Origin: an uncultured Alphaproteobacteria bacterium
GTDB taxonomy: Bacteria > Pseudomonadota > Alphaproteobacteria > HIMB59 > GCA-002718135
Direction of reading: 5' to 3'
Assembly (NCBI GenBank): GCA_902621165.1
Contig: CACNKX010000007.1
Span: forward strand, 1,581-65,580
DNA length: 64,000 nucleotides
Below, piece by piece: positions 62,572 to 64,000 of the stretch; the stretch's first letter is position 1; each line of letters opens with the position of its first letter. A program made the position numbers and the translations under genes. A model generated the notes under the pieces. That model searched no databases. It had not been told where the DNA came from and worked only from the letters and a program-made list of their open reading frames with translations.

Positions 62572-64000
62572 TTATACTGAGATAAAAGACCATTTATCAG
62601 TTCATCATTGAACGAAATCTCTTTTGTCTTAATAATCTCACTACCAAATGCTGTTTTCAAATCACCTATTAAATTAATTTTTGATGTATTTTCACCTTCT
62701 TCAGGCATCTTTATACTTTTAATATTAGCAAAATAAATAGCATTTTCATCTGATCCAAAAGCTACTTTATCAATATCAGTTTCAAAAATCTTTTGTTTAA
62801 AAGATATTGGTAATTCATCATTAGTCTTTAAAGATAAAATTAAATTTTCCGGATTAGTTGCATAAAATTTACTTATATCTGTGAAGGTCTCTTTATTATT
62901 TTCAAAAATATTTTCTGCTTGTTCAGTTTTTTTTGTAAAAATAAAATCATTTAAAACACTGTCAAAGATATTATCAATACTCTCTATTTTTGACGGATAA
63001 ATGTCATCTATGTTTACAATAAAAGAAGTATCATTATCAATGTCTACTAAATCACTAACAAAATCTTTATTTTGTGTAAAAGAAAATGAAATGACGTTAC
63101 TTAAAGTAGGGTCATCTTCGTTAGTATTATTAATAATTTTTTTCTTAATGATTAATTTCAGATTATTTTGATCTGCTATTTCATTAATTGAAAACCCATC
63201 AAGTATTTGTTGGTCGAGGCTTGATTTTAATTCATTAAAGTAATTATCTACTTCAAAATTGATTAATGTATTATTTATTTCATTCTTCACTTCATCAAAT
63301 GTTAATTCTTTTTCTGGGAAAATTTCATCCAAAATAATTATATGATATGCCAAGGTTGTTTGTACTACATCTGACATACTTCCTTTGTCTAATTCAAATA
63401 TTGCATTTGCAAGTTGTTCTAAAACTTTATTTTTATCAACATTTTTGAAATCATTAAAAACTATATTATTTTCTTCTGCATATTTAATAATTTCTTCATT
63501 AGTTTTTCCAGAAACTTTTATTTTAAAATCATCTGCTTCTTCTTTTGATTTAAAATTAAATTGTTTAAAACTTCTCTCTTCTAGATTAATAAATAAGTTT
63601 TTATTATTATTATAATAATCATTAATACTATTTTCTGAAGGTGAAAAATTGTTGCGATAATCACTTTTGCTTATTAATATGTATGAAATATCTCTTTCTT
63701 CTTTTGTCATATATGCAGCAGAGTTATTATTAAAGTAATCTAATAGTTCATTATTATCTTTGGAAATTTGATCTTTACTATAGTTTTCAAGTTTAATTTC
63801 GTCGTAAGGTATTTTAAGCAACTCTATGTCTCTACTCTGATTATCATACTTATTAAAATTTATTTGTAATTGTAATGGATAATTTTTTTGAAAGAAAAGC
63901 TGATCAAATACAATCGATCTAGTTTCAAAATCTATTAAGTCGACAAGATCCTCAATTTTTAAGCCTTGCCTTCTTAAAAATGTATTCAACATTTCATCAT
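62568..64000 (-). CDS. ppiD: PpiD/SurA-family periplasmic chaperone, 5' end outside the window
   Basis: Frame stays open to the window edge; degenerate parvulin segment (LANAIF.L..G.MSDVVQT..AYHII); usual position upstream of trpE. Confidence 0.75.
   Translation of the reverse strand, partial: DEMLNTFLRRQGLKIEDLVDLIDFETRSIVFDQLFFQKNYPLQLQINFNKYDNQSRDIELLKIPYDEIKLENYSKDQISKDNNELLDYFNNNSAAYMTKEERDISYILISKSDYRNNFSPSENSINDYYNNNKNLFINLEERSFKQFNFKSKEEADDFKIKVSGKTNEEIIKYAEENNIVFNDFKNVDKNKVLEQLANAIFELDKGSMSDVVQTTLAYHIIILDEIFPEKELTFDEVKNEINNTLINFEVDNYFNELKSSLDQQILDGFSINEIADQNNLKLIIKKKIINNTNEDDPTLSNVISFSFTQNKDFVSDLVDIDNDTSFIVNIDDIYPSKIESIDNIFDSVLNDFIFTKKTEQAENIFENNKETFTDISKFYATNPENLILSLKTNDELPISFKQKIFETDIDKVAFGSDENAIYFANIKSIKMPEEGENTSKINLIGDLKTAFGSEIIKTKEISFNDELINGLLSQYK

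Overview
Core-genome segment of a streamlined, very AT-rich alphaproteobacterium, probably marine. Evidence for the assignment: GTTC-N7-GTTC LexA boxes, lpxI, a short alpha-type ProRS, and alpha-type synteny (tig-clpPX-lon-hup-tRNAs-nuoA-N-birA-coaX-rnj-proS-lolE/D-dnaE-rpsB...lpxB; gltA-gltX-lexA-moaC-trpCDGE-ppiD). Five tRNAs are present; no CRISPR array, prophage or IS element was seen. The standout is the nitrogen locus at 8.9-12.1 kb (minus strand): aminotransferase, then a PII protein with a rewritten acidic T-loop, then two tandem glutamine-I (glnA-motif) riboswitch aptamers followed by a terminator/antiterminator-like platform, then a glutamine synthetase whose signatures look non-alphaproteobacterial. 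This suggests RNA-based glutamine feedback on GS in a proteobacterium. Other notes: tRNA-His keeps G-1/C73 (unlike SAR11), an rpsB leader RNA, a double SOS box at lexA, a BamA without the terminal aromatic residue, and a small accessory block next to tRNA-Phe. All calls were made by eye from motifs; no searches were run.
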